62,719 bases of DNA from Myxococcota bacterium (GCA_036736205.1 DAINMX010000003.1:15619-78337); one strand, 5' to 3'. Counted from the first letter of the stretch, positions 1 through 9,785 are shown. Made by a program: numbers and translations. Notes: generated by a model not told the origin, from the sequence alone.

Positions 1-72
1 CGTGGCCACCTCACCCGTCGTGGCCACCTCACCCGTCGTGGCCACCTCACCCGTCGTGGCCACCTCACCCGT
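1..72. repeat. Four perfect head-to-tail copies of an 18-bp unit (cgtggccacctcacccgt) that abut the window edge
   Basis: Direct reading shows identical units at 1-18, 19-36, 37-54 and 55-72. In the ppx reading frame they encode (ATSPVV)n. The array may continue upstream of the window. Confidence 0.95.
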
Positions 73-1705
73 CACTGCCAGGTCCCCCGTGGCAGCCGAC
101 TCCGGCAGTTGGACTACCACGGACCACACCGCAGCAGAAGTTTTCAAGACCGTCGCCGCCATTGACATCGGTTCCAATGGCATACGAATGGTCATCGGCG
201 AGGCCTCTCACCAGGGCGCGGTGGAGATCCTCGAGCAGCTCAACCGCACGGTTCGCTTGGGGCAAGACTCCTTTCGACGCGGCAAGATTAGCAGCCGCAC
301 CATGCGTGCCACGGTCAATATCCTGCGCGACTATCGCCGTCTGCTGGATTTTTACCGAGTCGACACTGTGCGCGCGGTGGCCACGTCAGCGGTGCGAGAG
401 GCGAGCAATGCTGACAACTTTGTAGACCGCGTTTTGGTCGCCACAGGAATAGAGGTGGAGGTCATCGACACGTCGGAGGAGAGCCGTCTCAATCTTACGG
501 CCCTGCGCCAAATTGTTGGGAATACCCTCGACATAAACAAGAGCTACACATTGATCGCTGATGTGGGTGGGGGCAACACGCTCTTGACCGTTCTCAAGAA
601 CGGCGAGATCGCCGATTCCAAGAGCCTGCAACTTGGCTCCATTCGCCTCCTGGAGACGATTGCCGACAATGAGTCTGGTAATCGAGCCGTCGACCTCATC
701 GCACAGCAAGTCACCAACATCATCGCCTCGGTCACTACCTCCTTGCACCTCGAGAAGGTCCGAGCCCTGGTCATTGCCGGCGGTGACGCCCGTTTTGCAG
801 CACGACACCTCGGAAAACAGACCGATTCGCCCAATCTCCGTTCCATCAGTCGCGCTGACCTCAACATGCTGGTGAGAAAACTTCGGGCCATGGGGCCCGG
901 CGATATTGCCAAAGAATATGGCGTCCCGTTTGTCGATGCAGAAACTCTCGTCCCCGCGTTGTTGGTCTACCACGCTCTTCTGCTCACGACGCAGGCGCCA
1001 CGGGCTCTGGTCTCGCAAATCACCATGCGCGATGGGTTGATCATTGACCTCGCGCGCTCGGCCGCGGGTTACGAAGATCAGGTTCTTGCAGAGGGGGTCA
1101 TCCACTCAGCACAGGCGCTGTCGGAGAAGTACCTCGCGGCTCCAGACCACGCCGCTCACGTTGCCAGCCTCTCCGTACGCCTCTTCGATGAACTCAAGAC
1201 TGAGCATGGACTCGGCCCCCGTCATCGGTTGCTCTTGCGAGTCGCAGCGCTCTTACATGAGGTTGGCGGGTTCGTCGGTAGCCGCGCGCACCACAAGCAC
1301 AGTTATTATCTCGTCGCCAACTCCGAGATTTTTGGCCTCACCCGTGCGGAAACCTTGGTTGTTGCCCACATCGCCCGCTACCACCGCCGCGGCTCTCCAA
1401 AGAACACCCACATCGAGTACATGGGCCTACCCCGAGAGTCCCGCATGGTCGTCAGCAAATTGGCCGCGCTGCTCAGAGTGGCCGACGCCCTCGACCGCGC
1501 ACATACCCAGCAGTTCCGCGAGTTTGACTGCGAACGCAGCGACGATGAATTTGTCATTCGCCCCAGGGGCGTCGCCGACCTCACCCTGGAACGCCAGGCT
1601 GTCAATTCCAAGGGTGATTTGTTCGATGAGGTGTATGGGATGCGAGTGCGATTGGAAGAAGGCGTTCCCACTGGCAAAGAGCGCCGATCCAAAACCAGGC
1701 ACTAA
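2..1705 (+). CDS. ppx: Exopolyphosphatase / pppGpp phosphohydrolase family (Ppx/GppA); 5' end unresolved
   Basis: Actin-like ATPase fold motifs AAIDIGSNGIRMVIGE and IADVGGGNT are present. A C-terminal HD-type region reads LLHEVGGFV..HHKHSYYLV..IARYHRR. There is no ATG upstream of the domain; in-frame GTGs lie at 2 and 89, and the ORF is open to the window edge. Confidence 0.85.
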   Translation: MATSPVVATSPVVATSPVVATSPVTARSPVAADSGSWTTTDHTAAEVFKTVAAIDIGSNGIRMVIGEASHQGAVEILEQLNRTVRLGQDSFRRGKISSRTMRATVNILRDYRRLLDFYRVDTVRAVATSAVREASNADNFVDRVLVATGIEVEVIDTSEESRLNLTALRQIVGNTLDINKSYTLIADVGGGNTLLTVLKNGEIADSKSLQLGSIRLLETIADNESGNRAVDLIAQQVTNIIASVTTSLHLEKVRALVIAGGDARFAARHLGKQTDSPNLRSISRADLNMLVRKLRAMGPGDIAKEYGVPFVDAETLVPALLVYHALLLTTQAPRALVSQITMRDGLIIDLARSAAGYEDQVLAEGVIHSAQALSEKYLAAPDHAAHVASLSVRLFDELKTEHGLGPRHRLLLRVAALLHEVGGFVGSRAHHKHSYYLVANSEIFGLTRAETLVVAHIARYHRRGSPKNTHIEYMGLPRESRMVVSKLAALLRVADALDRAHTQQFREFDCERSDDEFVIRPRGVADLTLERQAVNSKGDLFDEVYGMRVRLEEGVPTGKERRSKTRH

Positions 1706-1722
1706 CACTCTCGAGGATTTTC

Positions 1723-3843
1723 ATGGCAAAGAAGGATCTCCGGGCCCAAGAGCACTACATCAATCGCGAGCTCAGCTGGCTTGAATTCAATGCGCGAGTC
1801 CTTCAGGAGGCGCAATCGCCAACAGTCCCCCTCATCGAACGGCTGAAGTTCCTTGCTATCGTCAGCACCAACCTCGACGAGTTCTTTATGGTCAGAGTAG
1901 CGGGTCTCATGCAGCAACGCGCGGCGAACATTCGCAAGCGCGACATGAGCGGCATCACCCCACTGCAGCAGCTCAAGGCCATCTCAGAGCGGGCCCATCG
2001 CATGGTTCGGGAACAATCCGACGCCCTGCGGGCGGTCCGTGACGAGCTGGCGTTCCACAACTTCAGACTCCTCGATCGGCACGATTGGACCCCCGAGCAA
2101 GGTCAATTCCTCCGTGGCTATTTTGCCGAGGATGTCTTGCCCGTGTTGACTCCACTGGCAGTCGAGGAGCTGGACCCGATGCCGTTGCTACCGGGCGCGC
2201 GCCTGCACATTGCAGCGCTGTTGCACTACGACAACGGAGAAAAGAAGCGAACTGAGCCGAGAATTGTTGTCGTGCCGGTCCCCACCCAGCTCAATCGCTT
2301 CGTCACCATACCAGCGGAAGAAGGCGTGCGGCTCGCTCCTATCGAAGACGTGGTCGCCACCAACCTCGGTCTTCTTTTCGACGGCGGTGAGGTGCTGGCG
2401 ACCACCGTCTTTCGCTTGACCCGAGACGCCGATTCCGCCGTTCAAGACGATGACGCTGGCGATCTCTTGCAGGTTATGGAGGAGGCCGTCTTGTCCCGGC
2501 GTCGCCGCGCCACCGTGCGCCTGGAGATATCAGCTGAACCAGCCCCCGCACTGCGCGCGTGGTTGGTGAGTTGGTTGCAGCTCAGCAATGACGAGGTCTA
2601 CGAGATTGATGGCCTGCTCGATATCGCCGCCCTTATGGAGGTCGTTGGCCGTCGTGGCTTCGACAACCTGAGGGATCCACAGTGGCAGCCGCAACCGCCA
2701 CGGGACCTTCTCGGCGCTGAAGACCTGTGGACTGCCATACGTGATCGCGACGTTCTCTTGTTCCACCCCTACGAATCCTTTGAGCCCGTGGTGCGCATGC
2801 TCGAGGTGGCAGCAACCGACCCCGATGTCCTGGCCATTAAGCAAGTTCTCTACCGCACCAGCGGCGATTCCCCGATCATCAGGGCGCTGGAGCTGGCGGC
2901 GCAAAATGGCAAACAGGTCTCTGTGCTCGTCGAGCTCAAGGCGCGCTTCGACGAGGAACGTAACATCAACTGGGCCCGTCACCTCGAAGACGCTGGCGTC
3001 AACGTCATCTACGGCATTGCGGGCTTCAAGACGCACGCCAAGGCTCTGCTCATTGTTCGACGGGAGGGCACCCGAGTCTGCCGATATATTCATCTAGCAA
3101 CCGGCAATTACAACGACCGCACAGCCCGGGTCTATTCGGACATGGGCATCATGACCAGCAACAGGGACATCGGCCGTGACGTCGCAGCGTTTTTCAATCT
3201 GCTCACGGGCTATTCGGAGGCGGTCGCATTGTCACAACTGACGATTGCCCCAACCGAGCTGCGCCAGCGGTTTCTGCAACTCATCGATCGCGAGATCCAG
3301 ACATCGACTCGGGATGATCCAGGCCTCATCATCGCAAAGATGAACTCACTTCAGGATCCACACATCATTGAGGCGCTGTACAAGGCAAGCAGCGCTGGCG
3401 TGAGGATTCGTCTCAATGTTCGCGGCATTTGTTGTCTTCGTCCAGGCGTGAAAGGCGTGTCCAAAAACATCGAAGTCCGCTCCATTGTCGACCGTTTTCT
3501 TGAGCATCCCCGCATCTACTACTTCCGCAACGGCGGCCATGAAGAGGTGTACCTGGCGAGTGCCGACTGGATGACCCGCAACCTCGACAAACGCCTGGAG
3601 CTCCTCTTCCCAATACGCGATTCGCGCATCGCTCGCCGGATCATCGACGTCCTCAACGGATTTTTCGCCGACAACACCAAGTCACACGAGCTCAGATCCG
3701 ACGGTACATGGACTCGCGTGCCAGAGTCGGAACCCAAAATCCGTATCCAGGAAGAGCTCTACCGCGGGGCCGTCGCCGCCACTCGAGCAGCAAAACAAGC
3801 GCCGATCTCCTTCAAACCGCTGACCGCCCCCAAGTCGCGGTGA
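1723..3843 (+). CDS. ppk: Polyphosphate kinase 1
   Basis: 706 aa. The N-terminus YINRELSWLEFNARVLQEA is typical of PPK1. The autophosphorylation/PLD-like regions GFKTHAKALLIVRRE and FLEHPRIYYF are present. The gene starts 17 nt after the ppx stop. Confidence 0.95.
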   Translation: MAKKDLRAQEHYINRELSWLEFNARVLQEAQSPTVPLIERLKFLAIVSTNLDEFFMVRVAGLMQQRAANIRKRDMSGITPLQQLKAISERAHRMVREQSDALRAVRDELAFHNFRLLDRHDWTPEQGQFLRGYFAEDVLPVLTPLAVEELDPMPLLPGARLHIAALLHYDNGEKKRTEPRIVVVPVPTQLNRFVTIPAEEGVRLAPIEDVVATNLGLLFDGGEVLATTVFRLTRDADSAVQDDDAGDLLQVMEEAVLSRRRRATVRLEISAEPAPALRAWLVSWLQLSNDEVYEIDGLLDIAALMEVVGRRGFDNLRDPQWQPQPPRDLLGAEDLWTAIRDRDVLLFHPYESFEPVVRMLEVAATDPDVLAIKQVLYRTSGDSPIIRALELAAQNGKQVSVLVELKARFDEERNINWARHLEDAGVNVIYGIAGFKTHAKALLIVRREGTRVCRYIHLATGNYNDRTARVYSDMGIMTSNRDIGRDVAAFFNLLTGYSEAVALSQLTIAPTELRQRFLQLIDREIQTSTRDDPGLIIAKMNSLQDPHIIEALYKASSAGVRIRLNVRGICCLRPGVKGVSKNIEVRSIVDRFLEHPRIYYFRNGGHEEVYLASADWMTRNLDKRLELLFPIRDSRIARRIIDVLNGFFADNTKSHELRSDGTWTRVPESEPKIRIQEELYRGAVAATRAAKQAPISFKPLTAPKSR

Positions 3844-3853
3844 GATTCCACCG

Positions 3854-4717
3854 TTACCGCAAGCTCCCACGCCGCAGATGTCGGACTGTCGAAGCGAGAT
3901 AGGTGGCTCCGGCCAATCCCACCATGGCAGCGCCCGTCGGCAACTCCAGGACAAAAGAGAGGTAGTAGCCCAACGCGGCGCAAACCACACCGATTAACGT
4001 CGCGACAACGAAGGCCGCGGACATCGATCGGGCCAAGCGCAAAGCAGCCATCGCCGGCAACACCGCGAAGCCAAACGCAGGCAAAGCACCGATCGCTCGC
4101 GTCGCCGCCGAAATCGCCACGGCAACCGTGACGTAGATGAGCACCTCGTATCGATACACCGGAATGCCCGAGGCCCCTGCGGTGTCCGGATCGTAACTTG
4201 CAAAGAGAAAGCGCCGATAGAAGACAATGTGCACAACTGCCACCAGTGCGGCGGCCGCGCCGACATTGACGATCTGCACGGTTTCCACCAACACAGCGCT
4301 GCCGAAGAGAATACTCTGCACGTCATGCAAGTCCTGACGAATGAATCCAGCAAGCAACAGAGCCGCGACCGATGAAATCAAGTATGCGACAACCGTGGCG
4401 TTGTTGCTCTCCTGACCTTGTCGGGCAAAGTAGCCGGCGGCCAGAAGCGCCAAAAAGAGCGCCATCCATGTCGGGTCCGGCAGACTCGCTGTTTCGTGCA
4501 TATCGAACAATCCGCAAAGGAAGAACGAGAGCACCACGCCGGCAGAGGAGACCTGGGAGAGTGCAAGCGGCACGTAGACCACCCGCTTGAGCACGATCCA
4601 GACGCCCAGATAGGACAGCGTCGCCGCCGCAATGACGGCAACGATGATCGCGTCCCTCCAGACGAACCAGCTATCCAGAAACGACACAGACTCATTCATG
4701 TTCATTGCCTCGAGCAC
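3854..4717 (-). CDS. Metal (Zn/Mn-type) ABC transporter permease, ABC-3 family
   Basis: 287 aa and hydrophobic throughout, with multiple predicted TM helices. It lies immediately downstream of, and overlaps, the ATPase gene. The start is ambiguous, with ATGs at 4717, 4705 and 4699. Confidence 0.8.
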   Translation of the reverse strand: MLEAMNMNESVSFLDSWFVWRDAIIVAVIAAATLSYLGVWIVLKRVVYVPLALSQVSSAGVVLSFFLCGLFDMHETASLPDPTWMALFLALLAAGYFARQGQESNNATVVAYLISSVAALLLAGFIRQDLHDVQSILFGSAVLVETVQIVNVGAAAALVAVVHIVFYRRFLFASYDPDTAGASGIPVYRYEVLIYVTVAVAISAATRAIGALPAFGFAVLPAMAALRLARSMSAAFVVATLIGVVCAALGYYLSFVLELPTGAAMVGLAGATYLASTVRHLRRGSLR

Positions 4718-5447
4718 ATACGTGGTAACTGCCGTCTTGACGTTGGACCTGGATGGTGCGGCGGTAGAGATGACTGAGACGTTCCTCGGTCAACAGCTCT
4801 GCCATGGGGCCGGCGTCGAAGAGTTGGGCATCTTTGTTGATAAGACAGAGATGATCCGCCACCCGCACCACCTTGCTGATGTGATGGCCGATCATCAAAA
4901 CCGTGATCTTACGATCGGCATGCAGTTGCCGCAGAAACTCCAGGATATCCTCCTCCCCCGGAAGATCCAGACCGCTCGTGGGCTCGTCCAACACCAAAAC
5001 GTCGGGATCCGAAACGAGCGCCCGTGCCATCAACACCCGTTGCCTTTGCCCGCCAGACAGAGCATCAAAGGGATGTCCGGCGATAGCATCCAAGCCGATG
5101 CGATCAAGCTCATCACGGGTGCGCTTGACATCATGCCGGGTTGGGCGTTGCCCGATTCTGAGTTGGCCGTAGCGCCCCATCAATGCGACGTCGAAGGCCG
5201 TCAGTGGGTACTGGGAGCTCAACGCGTAACGCTGGGGCACATAACCGAACCGCGGTGTGCGGCCGTCAAAGCGAACCTTGCCGATCACTGGAGGAATAAG
5301 GCCCACGATCGTCTTGACGAGCGTGGTCTTGCCGGCGCCGTTGGGGCCTACGATTCCCCAGAAGTCCCCAGGTTGGACCGTCAGTGACAGATGATTCATC
5401 AAAGGCACCTTGCAATAACCGATGGAGACATCCTCGAGCTCGATCAC
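4692..5447 (-). CDS. Metal ABC transporter ATP-binding protein (ZnuC-like)
   Basis: Walker A GPNGAGKTT, ABC signature LSGGQRQR and Walker B VLVLDEPTSGLD. Confidence 0.9.
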   Translation of the reverse strand: MIELEDVSIGYCKVPLMNHLSLTVQPGDFWGIVGPNGAGKTTLVKTIVGLIPPVIGKVRFDGRTPRFGYVPQRYALSSQYPLTAFDVALMGRYGQLRIGQRPTRHDVKRTRDELDRIGLDAIAGHPFDALSGGQRQRVLMARALVSDPDVLVLDEPTSGLDLPGEEDILEFLRQLHADRKITVLMIGHHISKVVRVADHLCLINKDAQLFDAGPMAELLTEERLSHLYRRTIQVQRQDGSYHVCARGNEHE

Positions 5448-5486
5448 TTCTCACTCCTCTCTTTGAATCAGCACACATCTCCTCGT

Positions 5487-6389
5487 TCATTTTCGACCCA
5501 CAATCTCGTCGACTATGCGATCAAACTTGTCCCAGATGGTCATGACATCCGGAGCACCGCCGACCATGGACGGCAAGACGAGCAGCTTGGCACCCGCCTT
5601 GTTGGCGAATACGCGCGAAAGGCTGGTAGGGAAATAGACCTCCTGGAACACAAACTTCACTCCCTGAGACTTCACCTGGCCGAGGAGCTGACTCACGTGC
5701 CTCGGTGAGGGCGAAACACCCGGCTTGGGTTCGAGGGCTCCGACACGGACGAAACCCATCCAATCGAGCATGTAGACCCAGCTCTGGTGGTACACGACCA
5801 CTCGGGTGCCCGCATAAGGGGCGAGTCGCGTTTTCCACTCGGCGCTCTTCGTCGAGTACTTGTCAGAGAATTCATGCCAACGCTTTTCAAAGTAGTTGCG
5901 GCCGTCCGGATCGAGCTCGATGAGCTTCTGTTCAATGGCTTGCGCGACGCGAAACAACTCCTCCGGCGCGGTATAGAAGTGCGGGTTGCCGCCACTGTGC
6001 ACGTCCCCCATGGCCCGATCCGCCCTCGCCGGCACCTCCTTGGGCGTGATGAATTGCGACGCGTCCAGGTATCCCTGAGCGCCGATTTGGATGTTTGGGT
6101 TACGCGACTGTGTCATCAGGACGGGCAGCCACCCGGCTTCCAGACTCAGGCCAATGAGAATCAGGAGATCGGCCCGGTTGACCGCGAGAATCATCGAAGG
6201 CCGTGCGTCCGCAAAATGTGGGTCCTGGGTACCTTTGAGCAGAGCTTCGACATCGACCCGTTCGCCACCTAGATCTTGGGCGATGGCGGCGAAATCCGGC
6301 AGCGTTGCCACCACCCGAAGCTTGGCCACGGCGTCCTTGGGCGCGACCACCATCGTGAAAGATAGAACAACTATAGAGACAAACCTCAT
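5487..6389 (-). CDS. Metal ABC transporter periplasmic substrate-binding protein (TroA/ZnuA-like)
   Basis: The length and sequence are typical of cluster-9 metal-binding proteins (VVATLPDFAAIAQDLGG..., DPHFxxxP, NPHFY). The start was moved to ATG 6389, which gives the signal peptide MRFVSIVVLSFTMVVAP. The 85 upstream codons of the tracked ORF are Arg/Cys-rich and overlap the next gene. Confidence 0.85.
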   Translation of the reverse strand: MRFVSIVVLSFTMVVAPKDAVAKLRVVATLPDFAAIAQDLGGERVDVEALLKGTQDPHFADARPSMILAVNRADLLILIGLSLEAGWLPVLMTQSRNPNIQIGAQGYLDASQFITPKEVPARADRAMGDVHSGGNPHFYTAPEELFRVAQAIEQKLIELDPDGRNYFEKRWHEFSDKYSTKSAEWKTRLAPYAGTRVVVYHQSWVYMLDWMGFVRVGALEPKPGVSPSPRHVSQLLGQVKSQGVKFVFQEVYFPTSLSRVFANKAGAKLLVLPSMVGGAPDVMTIWDKFDRIVDEIVGRK

Positions 6390-6406
6390 GGTTAACTCCT
6401 GCACTA

Positions 6407-7636
6407 TTAGAAGGTGTGAGCACCGTGTTCGCCGGCGCTCACCTCGACTTGGAAGAAGCCAGCAAAGTACGTTGGCATGCGCTTGTCCTTGCCCACGTCG
6501 AGCTGTATGCGCACCTTCGCGAAGTGGCTCGGCAGAACGGTCACTGCACCAGAGCCGCGCCATTGCTTCCCGGCCAGGTTGGTGCCCACAAGAGGCGTGC
6601 CACTGAGCTTGCCTGTGTAGTCCGCTCTCACGTTTGCAATCCAAGAACGGTCGATCTGGAAATCCAACTGCGCGTAGCCACCCCAGTCCCTGACAAAATC
6701 GCCGGGGATTTGCGTATCTCGCATGACACCCTCGACGGTCAGCGCAACCGCCATGTCGTCATCGCCAGTCGAGATGGGTCGCCATTTCAAATAGAGATCC
6801 GCACCGAACAGGTCGGCACGATTGTCAGGCACGTACGGGCTCTGGCCCCATGCGCCATCGACGCCGAAGTTCAAAGACCAATCATCGGACAACGCAAAGA
6901 AGTTGACGATGCGGCTGACATAGACAAAGTCTTCCAAACCGTCGATGCGACCGCTCTTGGTTAAAGGTGGCGCACCGAATGTGCTCGAACGCAACGCCAG
7001 CTCGCCAATCGAGCCGAAGGCCTCGCCGAAAACCATCACGTACCATGGCAATGGCAAAAGAAGGGAGACCTCAGCGCCCGGTCCGGAAAAGTGCTCCTCG
7101 CTCATGAAGCGGGTCTGTGACAAGGGTGGATTGGTGAAATGCCAGGTGTGCAGATGTTGTGGATTCTGCCGACCGAACTGTGCATTGAAATAGCCCAGTC
7201 GCGCCTGAAGATTGCAGGGAAGCGCCAAGGTTGTCAGATAGACCTCCTCCAGGTGCATGTGAGAGAGCTCGAAGTTCATATCGAAGCGAAAAAATGGATC
7301 CACCGATGCAGAGGCCGCAAACTCCAAACCCTGTATGGCGAATCCGTTGTCATCCATCGCATGACCGCCTTGACGCAGATGCTCGGAAACGTCAAACCAG
7401 GCCAGCCCAGCATCTAGAATCAAGCTGATGTCAGGATTCATCTGACGAACCACCGTGGCCACCGTTGCCGGGACGATGGTTGCTGGTGGATTTTCAGATG
7501 CTGTTGCCTGATCTGCGGCAATCGCCGCAGCGAAATCAGCGTCGGATGGTGTATCGGCCTCCTCGGCACGACTCGTTGTCACGCCCAGCAGAGAAGCAGC
7601 GAGCGCTCCGCCGCACGCAAACCAATTAACCCGCAT
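6407..7636 (-). CDS. Porin-like outer-membrane beta-barrel protein co-transcribed with the metal ABC transporter
   Basis: ATG 7636 is preceded by GGAGGA and gives the signal peptide MRVNWFACGGALAASLLGVTTSRAEE. The sequence has an alternating amphipathic pattern and a C-terminal Phe (..GAHTF), which is typical of outer-membrane barrels. Its stop lies 17 nt upstream of the substrate-binding protein start. Confidence 0.65.
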   Translation of the reverse strand: MRVNWFACGGALAASLLGVTTSRAEEADTPSDADFAAAIAADQATASENPPATIVPATVATVVRQMNPDISLILDAGLAWFDVSEHLRQGGHAMDDNGFAIQGLEFAASASVDPFFRFDMNFELSHMHLEEVYLTTLALPCNLQARLGYFNAQFGRQNPQHLHTWHFTNPPLSQTRFMSEEHFSGPGAEVSLLLPLPWYVMVFGEAFGSIGELALRSSTFGAPPLTKSGRIDGLEDFVYVSRIVNFFALSDDWSLNFGVDGAWGQSPYVPDNRADLFGADLYLKWRPISTGDDDMAVALTVEGVMRDTQIPGDFVRDWGGYAQLDFQIDRSWIANVRADYTGKLSGTPLVGTNLAGKQWRGSGAVTVLPSHFAKVRIQLDVGKDKRMPTYFAGFFQVEVSAGEHGAHTF

Positions 7637-7789
7637 GGATATCCTCCAATATGAGAAGAGATGACGGTTTCCATTGCGACCGCACAGCCCAACGTGGGTG
7701 CCACACATCGCCTCTTGGTTGCGGTGTGCTCACTCCGTGAGGTTATCATCGCCGTGTCGGGCGGCCGAAACGGATCTACTTACTCAACG

Positions 7790-8278
7790 TCATGCAATGA
7801 ATGGAGGGGACTGCTTGGGTGCGACGCGGAAAACTGCAATTCGAGAAGGCGGACCAAGCCAACGAACAGGTGCCGACAAGGGTTCTGCGACGGATAGCGC
7901 AACCTCGCTGGAGTGGGAATCGTCGAATTCCTGGCGGAGACTGACAGACAATCCACAATGGGCGTGGTTGGCAGGAACAAAAGCACCCACGGCCGCGTAT
8001 GTACCGTCGTCTCGCTGTAGTGCCGACCCGACGGCCGGCCAATCAGGTGGCAAGTGGATGAAGTCGCCGTGTTCCACACACACCGCGTGCGGGACTGCAG
8101 CAAAATGAATCAAAGCCGTGAGGCCAGAGCCGGGCAGCACCAAGAACAAGGAGAGCACTAGCGAGCGCACAAACTCACCGTTTGGGTGCCGATGACAGAA
8201 ATCACCACGCAAGCCAGTCACTCTCCAACGTTCGAACGTCAGCCTCCGTGTCAATACCGCACTTGGACGCAATTGCAT
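7790..8278 (-). CDS. Hypothetical small His/Cys-rich protein; weak call with uncertain start
   Basis: This is the only sizeable ORF in the 7637-8303 gap and is co-directional with the metal operon. An internal GTG would give the signal-like N-terminus VRSLVLSLFLVLPGSGLTALIHFAA, followed by VPHAVCVEHGDFIH and ANHAHC clusters. No family was recognised. Confidence 0.3.
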   Translation of the reverse strand: MQLRPSAVLTRRLTFERWRVTGLRGDFCHRHPNGEFVRSLVLSLFLVLPGSGLTALIHFAAVPHAVCVEHGDFIHLPPDWPAVGSALQRDDGTYAAVGAFVPANHAHCGLSVSLRQEFDDSHSSEVALSVAEPLSAPVRWLGPPSRIAVFRVAPKQSPPFIA

Positions 8279-8303
8279 AGTTCAGATCGCAGGAAGACTC
8301 GCC

Positions 8304-9785
8304 CTATTCTTTTTCGAGACACGCCTCGATGCGCAAGAGGACCTCTTCCGGGCTAAGACTCTTGTGTAGGACATCGCTTGCGCCGTACTCCAACAACTTC
8401 CGGTGTTCGACGTCACTCACACTGGTTGCCGTGAGGAATACGATCTTGAGGTCCGTCTCACCGCCGACGCGTCGAATCTTGTCGACGAGATCCGGTCCGG
8501 AAATTCCTGGCATCACGAGGTCGAGAAGCAGAACGTCCAGGTCGAGAAGCTCCTCCAAGAGCAGATTGAATGCCGCGTCGCCGTCCGCGGCCTCGAGAAT
8601 TTGGAAACCTCCAAGCCGGAGGATATTGCCGATCACCGTGCGAAAAAACCTGTCATCGTCCGCAAGAAGCGCCCGCCGCGTGAACGGAATGTCAACCGAG
8701 CTCAATATGTGCGACAGCCGACTCAGCACGTCGATTGGCGACTCCATAAACCGAATTCCCGCTCCACAGTGCCCACCTTCCCGAGTGGCCGTGTTGACGT
8801 CCACCGAACGGACGACCGTGCCTGCTAAATTGGCCTTTTCTTTGCTCCCAGTGGCAAATACATCGAAATTGATAATGGAGCCTACGGGTGGGGGGTCAAA
8901 CGAATCGATGAACATGCCGCCACGGCTCAAATTGACCGTGTGTTCCCGTCTCGCTTCACCATTGATTTCGTACTCCACTCGCAACGGAATGGGAAACCTT
9001 TCGTAGCGGCGTCCCGAGCGTTCGGGCCATGGTGCCCCACGTCGCACCGCATTTTGAAACGACTCAAACATGTTCTGCTCAGTCGGCGGCAACAGAAATC
9101 CGACACCAAAGCCCATCTTGGATTTTTGCGATCTCGCGACAGTCTGATCGCGAACATAGACAACGCGACCACTCAAGCAGATGGGTCCCTGTCCACTGGC
9201 TGTCTCGATGGTCAGCTTGATGGCCTGACCCACCTCAGGAAGTGCCTCACTTGGGATGAAGATGCCGCGACCGAGGGGCGTCGTTGCATACGCATCGAGG
9301 AATTCCTCAGGGGACGCAAACTGAACGCGAAGATGCAGAATGGCGTTGGGATCAACCGCACCCAACTCCACCTTGGGCTCACCCATGATGGTTCTTCTCA
9401 ATTCGGAAAGGGCTGCACCGGGAGAAGTTACACATCGATGTCGGCAAGCCAACCTGGCATTCAACCGCTCAACAAAACTGCGGCGTTCCACGGCTGACAA
9501 CTGCATGGGTTCCAATAACCGGAAATGGCCTTTCTGTGCCGTCCTTTCCATCTCCACAGGGAGATCGGGGCCAAACATCGCCCAGTCGAAGCGTGCCAAG
9601 CACGCCAGAGGACTTCCAGGGGCATAGAAGAAATCGAAATTCAGAAGCTCGTGCGGCTCGTAACGTTCCCTGATCTCACGAATGGCAGCCGCCGCGACGT
9701 CAAACCCGCGCCGCGGATCGTCGAGGACCAACACAAAATTGTAGGTCTCAGGAAGTTCGTTTGTGTCGGGTTGGTCACCCATCAA
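8304..9785 (-). CDS. Hybrid signalling protein: unknown N-domain, two PilZ-like domains and a C-terminal response-regulator receiver
   Basis: A PilZ signature is present: RRYERFPIPLRVEY...NLSRGGMFI. An upstream second beta-barrel-like segment (LHLRVQF...GIFIPS) lacks the RxxxR motif. The C-terminal REC domain reads ALLADDDRFFR...LLLDLVMPGISG...KIVFLTA. Confidence 0.8.
   Translation of the reverse strand: MMGDQPDTNELPETYNFVLVLDDPRRGFDVAAAAIREIRERYEPHELLNFDFFYAPGSPLACLARFDWAMFGPDLPVEMERTAQKGHFRLLEPMQLSAVERRSFVERLNARLACRHRCVTSPGAALSELRRTIMGEPKVELGAVDPNAILHLRVQFASPEEFLDAYATTPLGRGIFIPSEALPEVGQAIKLTIETASGQGPICLSGRVVYVRDQTVARSQKSKMGFGVGFLLPPTEQNMFESFQNAVRRGAPWPERSGRRYERFPIPLRVEYEINGEARREHTVNLSRGGMFIDSFDPPPVGSIINFDVFATGSKEKANLAGTVVRSVDVNTATREGGHCGAGIRFMESPIDVLSRLSHILSSVDIPFTRRALLADDDRFFRTVIGNILRLGGFQILEAADGDAAFNLLLEELLDLDVLLLDLVMPGISGPDLVDKIRRVGGETDLKIVFLTATSVSDVEHRKLLEYGASDVLHKSLSPEEVLLRIEACLEKE

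Noticed and set aside
5487-6644. The full 385-aa ORF as the substrate-binding protein gene.
   Set aside because: The first 85 codons are Arg/Cys/His-rich, lack a signal peptide and overlap the 3' end of the upstream outer-membrane protein gene. The internal ATG at 6389 gives a canonical signal peptide.
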